Counted from the first letter of the stretch, positions 10,115 to 20,562 are shown. The stretch is DNA of 64,000 nucleotides from Dehalococcoidia bacterium (GCA_046545575.1 JBKGZM010000001.1:2729-66728), one strand, 5' to 3'. A program made the numbers and translations. The notes: generated by a model not told the origin, from the sequence alone.

Positions 10115-11425
10115 CTACTCGAACCACTCGTATTCCTCGTAAGGCACTAGCGGAGCCTCCGGTTCAGCAAGCAAAACCTTCTCGCCCTCCTGTATCTGAT
10201 AAAGTTTTACTGCCTTTATGAGCCGGTGGTCCTTCTCAGTGGGAGCGGTCAAGGGGCCCGTCAGACCCTCCATATCGTAGGTTTCCAGTTTCTTGATCCC
10301 TTCTTCCTCGATGGTCTTCCACCTCTGTTCTTTGGGCCCTTCCATTATCTCCTCGTAGCTTGCATTCTCCATAGCTGTCTCAAATATCTTGTAGACCACA
10401 AGCCCATGTGCCCAGTGGCAGAGATAGTCAAGGCTCTCCGACTCGTAGTACTCCTTGCTATACTCGGAGCTATATTCCTTGACCTTTGCTATTCCCGGGG
10501 CATCTGACTCCGGGGTGTCAAAAGCAGCCGTCGGATAGACTCCGTATATACCTTCGAGAACGTCGGCACCAGCCATCTCCATCAGAACATCGGGGACAAA
10601 ACTAGCATGGGCCATGCCGATAGGAATATCAATTCCCTGGTCCTTAGCATTCTTGAGTATCACCGAGGTTGGTGCTGGCGTACTGGAAATGAAGAGCACA
10701 TCAGGATTTTCCTCTTCAATCCGGGTCAGGGTTTCCATCTCCGACATCGTTTCGGCCTTGTGCTCCTCAACGGCCACAACCTCATAGCCCATCTCCTCGG
10801 CCTTGGCACGGCATGCCATCTGTGCCCCATATCCCGTCGGGTTATTCAGTATATGAAGAGCCAGCTTTATCGTCCCGTCACCATCCCAAATGTTATTCTT
10901 AAAGTGCTCGAGGAAGGCCAAAGTCTCGTCACCATAGCCCGGGGATTGGGCGTAGACGTGCTTCGGCGGATGGACACACTTGGTAGAGCAGAAGTCGCAA
11001 ATCCCCGGCATGCCTGCACGGTTGCTAATCGCCATGGCCGATTCCATCATCTTGGATGAGCAGGTGGTGAAGAGCGGCATACCTTCATCTATCCATCCCC
11101 TGGCGATAGTAGCCATCTTGGATGTATCATAGCCACTGTCACGGTCCACGACCTCTATCGGGTGGCCCTGAACGCCCCCCTTCTCCTCATTGATATACTT
11201 AATACTGTCCAACAATCCATCGCCCATGGGCTGACATTTCTCCGCTGCTACACCTGTCCAGCAGATTTCAGCCCCGAACTTCAGCGGCTGGTCCTCAGGA
11301 GCCGCGGTCTCCGTCCCCGTTGGCTCACCGGGTGGAGCCGTACATGCCATACTGAGCAACAGACCCAATACCACGAGAGCCGTCCCAATAATCCCTACAA
11401 GTCTCAATAATCCCCTAGTCCTCAT
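10115..11425 (-). CDS. ABC transporter substrate-binding protein (type I periplasmic binding fold, LivK-like), probable lipoprotein
   Basis: Signal peptide with LLLSMAC followed by a PBP1-like body. The start among M17/M22/M23 is uncertain; an AAGGAGG lies just upstream. Confidence 0.75.
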   Translation of the reverse strand: MRTRGLLRLVGIIGTALVVLGLLLSMACTAPPGEPTGTETAAPEDQPLKFGAEICWTGVAAEKCQPMGDGLLDSIKYINEEKGGVQGHPIEVVDRDSGYDTSKMATIARGWIDEGMPLFTTCSSKMMESAMAISNRAGMPGICDFCSTKCVHPPKHVYAQSPGYGDETLAFLEHFKNNIWDGDGTIKLALHILNNPTGYGAQMACRAKAEEMGYEVVAVEEHKAETMSEMETLTRIEEENPDVLFISSTPAPTSVILKNAKDQGIDIPIGMAHASFVPDVLMEMAGADVLEGIYGVYPTAAFDTPESDAPGIAKVKEYSSEYSKEYYESESLDYLCHWAHGLVVYKIFETAMENASYEEIMEGPKEQRWKTIEEEGIKKLETYDMEGLTGPLTAPTEKDHRLIKAVKLYQIQEGEKVLLAEPEAPLVPYEEYEWFE

Positions 11426-11519
11426 CATTACCTCCTTTTCCATAATTTTTCCTTCGCATGACTTGCTTGTTCTCTTATTCGAGATTCCCACCCCCTTTCG
11501 TTTGAATCTATAAAAGCGC

Positions 11520-12569
11520 CTAGTAAGAGAAAGGCCAGAGCCTGTACGAGGCCTTCAGCAAGCCCCATCTATGTGCCATACCTCGGGGCTCAAATATCAA
11601 AAACAATACAATTATGAGCCCAAATAGCATAGGAGCTACGCCAGTGGTAAACCCTCGTGGTAGCTCCGGGAACGCACCTTCCAACGCCGGATACACATAT
11701 ATCATTCCTTGATCCAGGAGCCGGATAAAAGCCGCGCCAAGTACCGGACCGAGAGCAGTGCCGAGCCCCCCGATGATGACTATCCCTACAAACAGTATAG
11801 ATTCCAGGAATCCATATTGTTCCGGATTGATAAATCCCATCCAATGAGCATACAAGGAACCGGCTATTCCCGCAAAAAAGCATCCGATAAAGAAAGCGAG
11901 AAGTTTGTAGAAGAACAGATTAACTCCCATGACCTCCGCCGCAAGGTCATTGTCGCGTACAGCTACAAACGCTCTCCCTACCCTCGTCCTCTTCAGGTTC
12001 AACGCAAAGAACACGGAGATAGCCACTATGCCCATAACGAGATAGTAAAAGCTAAAGTCACTCCCGAAGACAAAACCACCGATCGAGGCAAATGGCACTT
12101 CTTTGCCGGTGAATCCTCCCGTTACCGAGGTCCAGTGCCCGATAACCCAAATTATGATAAACTGAGCAGCCAGAGTCGCAATTGCCAGATAGAAACCTTT
12201 CACTCTGAGGGAAGGCACGCCGAAAATGAGCCCCACTATTCCGGCCATAATCCCAGAGCAGATAAGCGCCCCTATGAATGGAATCCCAAATGTCCCGGTC
12301 AGTATAGCACTCGTATAGGCCCCAACAGCCATAAAGCCGACATGTCCGATAGAGAGCTGCCCACAATACCCGGTGAGGATATTCAAGCCCGTAGCAGCGA
12401 TAATCGTAATGCCGATGTAGTTTATAACCCCCACCCACTTGCCGCTCATGTACAGCGGGAGTGTGCCGGCGACGACAAAAAGCAAGATCAACCAGAACCA
12501 GTGGGTTTTGGTCCGGCAAACGGCCATGTCCTGTTCATAAGAGTAATTATGCGTTCCACACGGTAACAT
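11520..12569 (-). CDS. livM: LIV-type ABC transporter permease, LivM-like
   Basis: Polytopic membrane protein placed between livH-like and substrate-binding protein genes. Confidence 0.8.
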   Translation of the reverse strand: MLPCGTHNYSYEQDMAVCRTKTHWFWLILLFVVAGTLPLYMSGKWVGVINYIGITIIAATGLNILTGYCGQLSIGHVGFMAVGAYTSAILTGTFGIPFIGALICSGIMAGIVGLIFGVPSLRVKGFYLAIATLAAQFIIIWVIGHWTSVTGGFTGKEVPFASIGGFVFGSDFSFYYLVMGIVAISVFFALNLKRTRVGRAFVAVRDNDLAAEVMGVNLFFYKLLAFFIGCFFAGIAGSLYAHWMGFINPEQYGFLESILFVGIVIIGGLGTALGPVLGAAFIRLLDQGMIYVYPALEGAFPELPRGFTTGVAPMLFGLIIVLFLIFEPRGMAHRWGLLKASYRLWPFSY

Positions 12570-12573
12570 TGGA

Positions 12574-13458
12574 CTAAATCCTCTCTATCCTTTCTTCACC
12601 GAATAGCCCATAAGGCTTAATGAACAACACGATAAGGATTATGACAAACGGGATGATGTCGCTGACACCTTTCCATATATATGCGGAAAGATACCCACCG
12701 CCTACGTTCTGGGCCAGGCCTATGATCGGGCCGGCTATGATAGCACCCAGGAACGAATCCAATCCGCCAAGTATGACCACGGAGAACGTCCCCAGACCAC
12801 TGTGAATCAGCCCGTAGCTAATGCCCCCAATTTGGGCCATAAGTATACCACCAATAGCAGCAACAATACATGCGACCATCCAGGAGCTGGAGAAAACGCT
12901 GGTGACTGGGACACCACATGCCTGAACCGCAAGCTGATCGTCGGAAGTGGCACGCATGGCGATGCCCATCTTGTGGTAACGATAGAAAGCAGCCAGGGCT
13001 ATGAATAGAAGTAAAGCGATGCCCCCGGCCCAGATATATTCCTGGCCAAGTGCCGCTCCGCCAACTCTGACTGCCTCACCAGGGAAGAGGGGTGGTAGAG
13101 CACCAACGCTCACAGGCCACAAGAACCACATCACCCCGCGCAGAAAATACGCTAAACCGAGGGTCACAGCGATTAAGGATAGGATAGGCTGGGCAATCAA
13201 TGGGCGAAGGGCAAACCTCTCAATTAGCCACCCTACAGCCACGGCACAAACAATTGTGAGAATAATGCCAAGCGCATAATGGAGTTCTAGCTGGACTACA
13301 AACGCATAGGTTATCCACGCGAAGAGACATACCAGCTCACCAAGGGCTAGATTAGCTACATCACTGGACTTCCATATTATGACAAAGGACAGGGCAATCA
13401 GGGCATATATCAGCCCAACACTGAGACCGCTGATGGAGAATTGAATAAGCTCGCTCAT
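12574..13458 (-). CDS. livH: LIV-type ABC transporter permease, LivH-like
   Basis: Polytopic membrane protein of 294 aa in a conserved operon position. Confidence 0.8.
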   Translation of the reverse strand: MSELIQFSISGLSVGLIYALIALSFVIIWKSSDVANLALGELVCLFAWITYAFVVQLELHYALGIILTIVCAVAVGWLIERFALRPLIAQPILSLIAVTLGLAYFLRGVMWFLWPVSVGALPPLFPGEAVRVGGAALGQEYIWAGGIALLLFIALAAFYRYHKMGIAMRATSDDQLAVQACGVPVTSVFSSSWMVACIVAAIGGILMAQIGGISYGLIHSGLGTFSVVILGGLDSFLGAIIAGPIIGLAQNVGGGYLSAYIWKGVSDIIPFVIILIVLFIKPYGLFGEERIERI

Positions 13459-15404
13459 GAGTCGTCTCCTCCGACATCTCTCACCTTAAGGGCAGTGGTA
13501 ACCACCCCCGTCCGCCCATCCCTATAGGTTACCGGCGTCTCCATTCTCACCTCCTCTTTGTCTCCGTACATTGCATCGATCAAATCCCTGTAGCGATCCT
13601 CCACAAAATCACGCCTTAACTTCCTTGTCCGGGTAAGCTCCGCCTCGTCAGGGTCGAATTCCTTGTGCAGCAATACAAATTTCCTGAGCCTCGATGCCTC
13701 CGGGAGGAGTTTGTTCACCCTGATCAAGTCCTTTCGTACCAGATCCGCAACCTCTTTTTTCTGGGACAAATCAACGAATGTCGTATAGGCAACATGATTG
13801 TCCTCGGCCCACTTACTTACCATGCTGAAATCGATGTTTATAATCGCCGAGACATAGTTCTTGTCTTTGCCGCCGATGACTATAGCGTCCTGTATATACG
13901 GACTAAACCTGACTCTGCCCTCGATATACTGAGGAGCATACCGTGCACCACTGGCTAATTCTCCCATATCCTGAAGCCGGTCAAGGAATATGATATGCCC
14001 ATCCTCGTCGATATGGACAGCGTCCCCGGTATGAAGCCAGCCATTCTCCATAACCTCACGGGTCTTCTCAGGGTCTTTGTGATATTCGTTGAATGTCGTA
14101 TCGCTCCTGATAAGCAATTCGCCTTCGTTAGTCAACCTGAGCTCGGTTCCAGCAACAGGACATCCGACACTCTCAAACTTAATCTCGCCTTTCGTATGGG
14201 AGGAGATATATCCGGCCTCCGTGCTCGCATAGACCTGTCTCAGTTCGATGCCTATGGCGTGAAGAAGCCGGAAGGCATCCAAACTCAAGACCGAGCTGCC
14301 GGTAGCCGCAAACTTGACCTTCTCCAGGCCCAGCTTGTCCTTGAGCGGCCGGAACAGAGCAAGGTCAGCTACAGCATACAAAGCCTTCCAAAACAGATTG
14401 GGCTCCTTTTTCTGGAACTTCATATCAGCGAGCTTATACCCAACTGGCATGAACAACTTGTAACAGGCTCTCTTTATGGGATTGGCATCAATCATTTTCA
14501 CTTGAACTTCACTAACAACGCCTTCCCACTGTCTGGGACCATAGCAAACGAAGGTGGGGCCAGCCTCTCTCGTGTCCTCAGCGATCGTCTCCGGTTCCTC
14601 CGGGGCATACAACCTTGCCCCTGTCAATAAATGTGGTATGGTGGAGAAGAAACTATCACCAACCCATGGTGCCGGGAAATTGGAGATCAATGCGTCATCT
14701 TCGTTGAGCGGATACTGGCTGACAAATCCCTTAGCGGTGGTTAGTAAAGACTTGTGTGTAACGATAGCCCCTTTTGGCAAGCCGGTGGTCCCCGAGGTAT
14801 AGTAAATGAAGGCAACATCCTCCCCTTTCCCATCCCCCACCTTCTGCTCAAACAACCCCGGATGCTCCTTTTCATACTCTTTACCCAATTCCAGAACCTT
14901 GTTAAAACTCATAATGATGGGGTCGTCGTAATTCTTCAGACCTTTGGGATCCCAATAGATGATTTTCTTCAGCAAGGGCAATTCATCCTTGATCTCCAAA
15001 AACTTGTCCGTTTGCTCCTGATCGTTGGCTATAGCGAACTTGGCATCGGCGTGCTCAGCGATATACTTCACCTCTGAAGGTATGGAGTCAACGAATATTC
15101 CGCTGGGGATCCCCCCTGCCGCCTGCACAGCGAACTCGGCCCAGAACCACTGCGGCTCATTATCCCCAATAATACAAGCATGGTCACCCGGCTCCAGGCC
15201 AAGACTCATTAAGCCCAAGGAAAAATACTTTACCTTTTCATAATATTCCTTCCATGTATACGTCTGCCATATCCCAAAATCCTTTTTCACCATCCCCACG
15301 CGGTTGCCCCATTTCTCATAGTTATGTTTTATCAACTTAGGCAGCGTATCTACACCATCCATCCTGTCATCCCTCTGAATGGAACTAACTGTCGACAACA
15401 TCAC
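13455..15404 (-). CDS. AMP-dependent acyl-CoA synthetase (long-chain fatty acid-CoA ligase family)
   Basis: AMP-binding motif YTSGTTGLPKGA and TGD motif (WLHTGD) in a 649-aa protein embedded within the transporter operon. Confidence 0.85.
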   Translation of the reverse strand: MMLSTVSSIQRDDRMDGVDTLPKLIKHNYEKWGNRVGMVKKDFGIWQTYTWKEYYEKVKYFSLGLMSLGLEPGDHACIIGDNEPQWFWAEFAVQAAGGIPSGIFVDSIPSEVKYIAEHADAKFAIANDQEQTDKFLEIKDELPLLKKIIYWDPKGLKNYDDPIIMSFNKVLELGKEYEKEHPGLFEQKVGDGKGEDVAFIYYTSGTTGLPKGAIVTHKSLLTTAKGFVSQYPLNEDDALISNFPAPWVGDSFFSTIPHLLTGARLYAPEEPETIAEDTREAGPTFVCYGPRQWEGVVSEVQVKMIDANPIKRACYKLFMPVGYKLADMKFQKKEPNLFWKALYAVADLALFRPLKDKLGLEKVKFAATGSSVLSLDAFRLLHAIGIELRQVYASTEAGYISSHTKGEIKFESVGCPVAGTELRLTNEGELLIRSDTTFNEYHKDPEKTREVMENGWLHTGDAVHIDEDGHIIFLDRLQDMGELASGARYAPQYIEGRVRFSPYIQDAIVIGGKDKNYVSAIINIDFSMVSKWAEDNHVAYTTFVDLSQKKEVADLVRKDLIRVNKLLPEASRLRKFVLLHKEFDPDEAELTRTRKLRRDFVEDRYRDLIDAMYGDKEEVRMETPVTYRDGRTGVVTTALKVRDVGGDDS

Positions 15405-16219
15405 CGCTGCTCCCCCAAATATGCTTTTATGACCTCGGGATTGTCCCTGACCTCTTCTGGAGTACCTTCGGCGATCTTTCGCCCAAAGTCAAGGACAACT
15501 ATTCTATCAGCTATATCCATCACTGCTCCCATGTCATGCTCGATAAAAACTATGCAACTCACCCCATCCCGCAAGACAGGAGTATCTGGATACGTTTCTC
15601 CCTGTCCCTCAAAGACATCGATAATGAATCTGGAAATGTCCTCCTTCTCTTCCAGGTTCATGCCCGCCATAGGCTCATCAAGAAGCAAAACATCTGGCTC
15701 CAGGGCCAGTGCCCTTCCCAGCTCAATACGCTTCCGCATCCCATAGGGTAAGAAGCCCACCACCTTCTTCCTGACTGACTCCACCTCTAAGAAATCAATA
15801 ATATCCTCGATCATCCTACGGTGCCTGACTTCCTCCCTGTGAGCCCTTCCAAAATAGAGACCGCCATCGAGGAAATTCTGTTTCATAAGCAGGTGTCGGC
15901 CAGCCATGATGTTATCCTGAGAGCTAAGTCCCGTATACAGCTCTATATTCTGGAAGGTTCGGGCCAGGCCGAGTTTGGCCACTTTATCAGGTCGCAGCTT
16001 GGTAATCTCCTGGCCATCAAAATAAATATGCCCGCTCTGTGGCTTATAGAACCCATTTATGCAGTTAAGCAGGGCACTCTTTCCAGCGCCATTTGGTCCG
16101 ATGATGGCCAGAATCTCTTTATCCTTCACGTCGAGGCTTAAATTAATTAGTGCATTGACCCCGCCAAAACTCAGTGATACATCGTCAATGCGCAACCGTA
16201 CTTGTCCATCAGTTTGCAT
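15401..16219 (-). CDS. livG: LIV-type ABC transporter ATP-binding protein, LivG-like
   Basis: Walker A GPNGAGKS, Walker B LLLDEP and the LivG C-terminal extension. Confidence 0.85.
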   Translation of the reverse strand: MQTDGQVRLRIDDVSLSFGGVNALINLSLDVKDKEILAIIGPNGAGKSALLNCINGFYKPQSGHIYFDGQEITKLRPDKVAKLGLARTFQNIELYTGLSSQDNIMAGRHLLMKQNFLDGGLYFGRAHREEVRHRRMIEDIIDFLEVESVRKKVVGFLPYGMRKRIELGRALALEPDVLLLDEPMAGMNLEEKEDISRFIIDVFEGQGETYPDTPVLRDGVSCIVFIEHDMGAVMDIADRIVVLDFGRKIAEGTPEEVRDNPEVIKAYLGEQR

Positions 16220-16557
16220 CCACTTTCCTCCAGCATCCGGCCTATTGTATATCAGCCAACCTCAAGCCCCAGTCACACCCAAGGATTCAGATATTTAAAA
16301 ATCATTTAACCTAAATTGGACTTGGTTGACCTGAAACATACCACACATTATGCAAATAGTCAATAGCATAGGCTGTCTTCTGTCTTTGTAAAACATACCG
16401 TCTTTGAGCACACACAGATTTAAACATACACAGAGGCCAAATACAACACGTGCGCCGGGTTTTCATCACCGATATCCACGAACTACCACTGGACAGCTAG
16501 AGTATTTTATGTTATAAGTATCATACCGTTATATGCCGTAAGAAAGGAGGGTAAAAG

Positions 16558-17208
16558 ATGCTGGTAAAAGACGCCATGACGACGAACGTGGTGACCATAC
16601 CAAGCAGCACACCGGTACTTGAGGCAAAGAAGCTCATGGATGTGCATAAGGTCGAGCGCTTGCCGGTGGTAGACAAAGGGAAACTGGTTGGTATTGTAAC
16701 CAAGGGAGGAATCGAAAGGGCCTCCCCTTCCGCAGCCACCTCCCTCAGTATATGGGAAATAAATTACCTCGTAGCCAAGATGACGGTGAAAGAGGTGATG
16801 AGGAAAGATCTGGTAACGGTTGCCCCAGACACTACCGTGGAGTCCGCGGTGGCCAGCGCGCAAAAACATGCTGTGGGCGCATTGCCTGTAATGGAAGAGG
16901 ATAAACTGGTGGGGATACTGACCACCAATGATTTCTTCTACAAGATATTAAATCCCCTTCTTGGCATAGGCGAATCCGGGAAGCGTTTCATCGTTTACGG
17001 AGCAGATACCCCGGAGCAGATATGCAAGGTTATGGAAACGGTAAAGGCCCAAAAGCTAAAGATAAAAGCAACACACACCATAGCCGTACCAGAGGCAGCG
17101 AGCAAGGACCTCATCATCCACCTGGACACCGAGGATACAAGCAAGCTCGAGGAGGAGCTGAAGAAACTAGGTTTCCACGTGGAGAGCCGGGAGCATACTC
17201 CTCTCTGA
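16558..17208 (+). CDS. CBS domain-containing protein
   Basis: Two CBS repeats (VKDAMTTNVVTI..; VKEVMRKDLVTV..) and AGGAGGG upstream of the ATG. Confidence 0.8.
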   Translation: MLVKDAMTTNVVTIPSSTPVLEAKKLMDVHKVERLPVVDKGKLVGIVTKGGIERASPSAATSLSIWEINYLVAKMTVKEVMRKDLVTVAPDTTVESAVASAQKHAVGALPVMEEDKLVGILTTNDFFYKILNPLLGIGESGKRFIVYGADTPEQICKVMETVKAQKLKIKATHTIAVPEAASKDLIIHLDTEDTSKLEEELKKLGFHVESREHTPL

Positions 17209-17290
17209 CATTTGGAGAGTGCTTATAAAACAGAGTGCTTTTACACCCGGAGAGGTTCCGCCTGTCCGGGAGAGGTGGGAGTTGTTAACC

Positions 17291-17324
17291 AAACCGCGGT
17301 GCCGCATGGCACCGCGGTTTTTTC
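17291..17324 (+). terminator. Rho-independent terminator after the CBS gene
   Basis: AAACCGCGGTGCC-GCAT-GGCACCGCGGTTT forms a perfect 13-bp stem and is followed by TTTT. Confidence 0.8.
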
Positions 17325-17351
17325 GTGAAGCCCCAGCCCCATGACCTTTCG

Positions 17352-17381
17352 TTGACATACCTCCTCCGCTTGGCCTAAAAT
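17352..17381 (+). promoter_or_regulatory. Sigma-70-like promoter of alaS
   Basis: TTGACA, an 18-nt spacer and TAAAAT, lying 33 nt upstream of the alaS ATG (RBS GGAAGGAG). Confidence 0.5.
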
Positions 17382-17413
17382 CAAACGGAAGGAGTCAAGA
17401 AATCGGTGAGACT

Positions 17414-20053
17414 ATGAACAGCGACCAGGTCAAAGAAACATATCTGACCTTTTTCAAAGAAAAGGGACATACAGTCCTCCCGAGCTCGTCCCTCATCCCA
17501 CAGGGAGATCCAACCCTGCTCCTGACAAGCGCGGGTATGGTGCAGATTAAACCGTACTTCATGGGCGAGGCCACGCCACCAAACGTGCGCCTTGCTTCAT
17601 GCCAGAAGTGCTTCCGCACCACCGATATCGACGAGGTAGGAGATGCAACCCACCTGACTTTCTTCGAGATGCTGGGGAACTTCAGCGTTGGCGATTACTT
17701 CAAGAAAGAGGCGATTGCCTGGGCGTGGGAATTCGTCAAGGAGCGCCTGCAACTGCCGCAGGACCGCCTGTGGATAACCATCTTTCTCGACGATGACGAG
17801 GCATTCGAGCACTGGATCCAAACGGGAGTCCCCAGGGAACGCATCGTGCGCTGCGGCGAGGAGGACAACTTCTGGGGACCCGCCGGAGACACCGGGCCCT
17901 GCGGCCCGTCCAGCGAGATCCTCTATGACCTGGGGGAGGAGTTTGGATGCGGCAGACCCGACTGCGGTCCGGCATGCAACTGTGGCCGTTTCTCGGAACT
18001 CTGGAACCTCGTCTTTACTCAATACTACCAGGATGAGCACGGCAACCGAACGCCGCTCACCAGCAAGAATATCGATACAGGCATGGGACTGGAGCGCACC
18101 GCCGCCATAATGCAGGGCAAGGATTCAGTCTACGAGACCGACCGGTTTAGTCCAATCATAGACTGCATATCCCGGCTAACGGGCAAGAACTACGGCGAAG
18201 ATAAGTCCTCGGACAAAGCGATAAGGGTCGTGGCCGAGCACGGGCGATCCGCGACCTTCCTCATCGCCGACGGCGTGATTCCCTCCAATGAGGGCCGGGG
18301 ATATGTACTGCGACGGGTACTTCGCCGAGCCGCCCTCTTCGGCTATCTTCTGGGTTTGAAGGAGCCCTTCCTTACACAAATAGCGGAGGTGGTCATCGAC
18401 CAGATGGGGAATTCCTACCCCGAGCTCCTCACTCGGAAAGACCACATAATCCGGGCGATTGACCTGGAGGAAAGCAGGTTCGACCAGACTTTGAACACCG
18501 GCATGAATCTCCTGGACCAGATGATAGAACAGGACAAAGAGAGCGGGGTTTCTTCCATCTCCGGCGAACAGGCATTCACCCTCTACGACACGTATGGATT
18601 TCCCGTGGAGATGACCAAAGAAATCGCCGCCGATCACGGCCTTTCGGTCGACCTGGAGGGCTTTGAGCAGGAGATGGAGAAGCAGAGGGAGAGGGCACGG
18701 GCAGCTCAGAAGTTCGGGGCAGGAGACAAAGCGGCCCAGAGGGTCTATGAACAACTGGATGTAGCACCCACCGGGTTCGCCGGCTATGATAGTTTCTCAT
18801 GCGAAACCCGGGTGGTCGCACTGCTCGTGGAAGGGGAGCCGGTGGGCACAGCCTCCGCAGGGCAGGAGGCGGAGGTGATCCTGGCCAAAACACCGTTCTA
18901 CGGCGAGATGGGCGGACAGGTGGGCGACACGGGAGAGATTAAAGGATACAACGGAAAAGTTGCAGTGAGCAATACAACGAGGCCTCTGGATGATCTGGTG
19001 ACACATTCAGGTAAGGTGGAGGAAGGGTCAATCTCCGTGGGCGACTCAGCGGAGGCGGAAATAGACCGCGAACGCCGGCTGGACATCGCACGCAACCACA
19101 CAGCCACACACCTCCTTCAGGCAGCCCTGAGGCAGGTAATCGGCGATGACGTCAGCCAGGCGGGGTCTCTCGTTGCACCTGACCGCTTCAGGTTCGACTT
19201 CACCTATCTTATAGCGTTGAGCAAGGAGGAACTGGCCAAGGTCCAGCGCATCGTAAATGAGAACATACGGCGGAATCTTCGCGTCTCCAGCCGCGTCGTG
19301 CCCTACAGTCAGGCGCTCGCGGAGGGGGCACTGGCCTTCTTCGGCGAGAAGTACGGGGATGAGGTCAGGGTAGTGAGGATAGAGGACTCTAATTCCTCCG
19401 AGGTCGTAAGCACCGAGCTTTGCGGTGGCACGCACGTGCAGAGTACTGGGGAAATCGGCTTTTTCCACATCACGAGCGAGAGGAGCATAGGATCTGGGAT
19501 GAGGCGCATCGAGGCGGTGACGGGGAGGGGGGCGGAGGCCCTTGTGAACGAAAGGTTCTCCGTCCTGGAAAACGCAGCCGAACAGCTTGAAACAAGCCCC
19601 TCAGATGTCCGGCAGAAGCTCTCCGAGGTTTTATCGGAGCTCGATACCGAACGAAAGAGGGCCAAAGATTTGGAGGCACAGCTTCTCAGGACAAGGGCAG
19701 AATCCCTGCTCTCCGAGGTGAGCGAGGTAAATGGAATAAACGTTCTGACAGCCGAGGTCGCCACATCGAACATGGACCTTTTGCGCCAGATGGGGGATTT
19801 CCTCAAGGACAAACTGGGCAGTGCAGTTATCGTACTGGGAACCACTCTCGATGGCAACCCCAGGTTCCTGGCCATGGTGACCTCCGACCTGGTAAGCCAA
19901 GGCATCAATGCCGGCGACATCGTCAAGCGGGTAGCGGAGGTGACGGGGGGTGGTGGGGGTGGAAAGCCGGGAATGGCCCAGGCCGGCGGCAAGGACAGGA
20001 GCAAGATGGATGAAGCCCTGAGACTCGTACCTCAATTGCTCAAAAAAGGTTAA
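17414..20053 (+). CDS. alaS: Alanine--tRNA ligase
   Basis: 879 aa with editing-domain motifs HTATHLL and CGGTHV and a C-terminal DHHA1-like GGGGGGKPGMAQAGG. Confidence 0.95.
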   Translation: MNSDQVKETYLTFFKEKGHTVLPSSSLIPQGDPTLLLTSAGMVQIKPYFMGEATPPNVRLASCQKCFRTTDIDEVGDATHLTFFEMLGNFSVGDYFKKEAIAWAWEFVKERLQLPQDRLWITIFLDDDEAFEHWIQTGVPRERIVRCGEEDNFWGPAGDTGPCGPSSEILYDLGEEFGCGRPDCGPACNCGRFSELWNLVFTQYYQDEHGNRTPLTSKNIDTGMGLERTAAIMQGKDSVYETDRFSPIIDCISRLTGKNYGEDKSSDKAIRVVAEHGRSATFLIADGVIPSNEGRGYVLRRVLRRAALFGYLLGLKEPFLTQIAEVVIDQMGNSYPELLTRKDHIIRAIDLEESRFDQTLNTGMNLLDQMIEQDKESGVSSISGEQAFTLYDTYGFPVEMTKEIAADHGLSVDLEGFEQEMEKQRERARAAQKFGAGDKAAQRVYEQLDVAPTGFAGYDSFSCETRVVALLVEGEPVGTASAGQEAEVILAKTPFYGEMGGQVGDTGEIKGYNGKVAVSNTTRPLDDLVTHSGKVEEGSISVGDSAEAEIDRERRLDIARNHTATHLLQAALRQVIGDDVSQAGSLVAPDRFRFDFTYLIALSKEELAKVQRIVNENIRRNLRVSSRVVPYSQALAEGALAFFGEKYGDEVRVVRIEDSNSSEVVSTELCGGTHVQSTGEIGFFHITSERSIGSGMRRIEAVTGRGAEALVNERFSVLENAAEQLETSPSDVRQKLSEVLSELDTERKRAKDLEAQLLRTRAESLLSEVSEVNGINVLTAEVATSNMDLLRQMGDFLKDKLGSAVIVLGTTLDGNPRFLAMVTSDLVSQGINAGDIVKRVAEVTGGGGGGKPGMAQAGGKDRSKMDEALRLVPQLLKKG

Positions 20054-20054
20054 A

Positions 20055-20471
20055 ATGCGCATAATGGGACTCGACGTCGGCGATAGGCGAATCGGGGTGG
20101 CACTGAGCGACCCAACGGGTATACTGGCCACCGCACTAACGGTGATCCTACGGACGGAAGATAGCTCCGATCTGGAAGAGATATTGAGGCTAATAGAGGA
20201 GAACAGCGTAGAGTGTATAGTGGTCGGGTTACCTCTCTCAATGGATGGCAGTATGAGCGAACAGGCGGAAAAGGCGAGCTCCTTCGCCGAGGAGCTTTCC
20301 GCACACACCGGGGTCCCTGTTAAGATGTGGGACGAGCGGCTTTCGACCTCCATTGCCAGCAAGCTGATGCGCGACAGCGGTAGCAACAGCCGGCAGATAA
20401 AGGAAAGGCGGGATTCGGCCGCCGCGGCACTTATTCTGCAGGGTTATCTCGATCACAGAGACTTCGAGTGA
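20055..20471 (+). CDS. ruvX: Holliday junction resolvase-like pre-16S rRNA nuclease RuvX/YqgF
   Basis: MRIMGLDVGDRRIGVALSD in a 138-aa protein immediately after alaS, which is a conserved arrangement. Confidence 0.9.
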   Translation: MRIMGLDVGDRRIGVALSDPTGILATALTVILRTEDSSDLEEILRLIEENSVECIVVGLPLSMDGSMSEQAEKASSFAEELSAHTGVPVKMWDERLSTSIASKLMRDSGSNSRQIKERRDSAAAALILQGYLDHRDFE

Positions 20472-20562
20472 ATAACCCCCGACCAGTTATTAGTCGTCAG
20501 TCAATAGTCCACAGTTAATCCATAGAGCTCTTTTGTAGAAGAGATCAAAAGCCTATCACAAC

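Noticed and set aside
11709-12566. A 285-aa plus-strand ORF
   Set aside because: It is antisense to the livM-like permease. It is hydrophilic and Arg/Ser/Pro-rich with no domain signature.
16507-16869. A 120-aa minus-strand ORF
   Set aside because: It is antisense to the 5' part of the CBS-domain gene and extends into that gene's promoter region.
17209-17413. A T-box leader upstream of alaS
   Set aside because: The hairpin at 17291-17324 is better explained as the terminator of the upstream CBS gene. A good sigma-70 promoter (17352-17381) lies downstream of it, leaving only about a 25-nt leader. No GGGTGGTACCGCG-type T-box sequence and no specifier-loop architecture was found.
19309-20386. 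Minus-strand ORFs of 231 aa and 251 aa
   Set aside because: They are antisense to alaS and ruvX, and are Ser/Pro/Leu-rich with no motifs.
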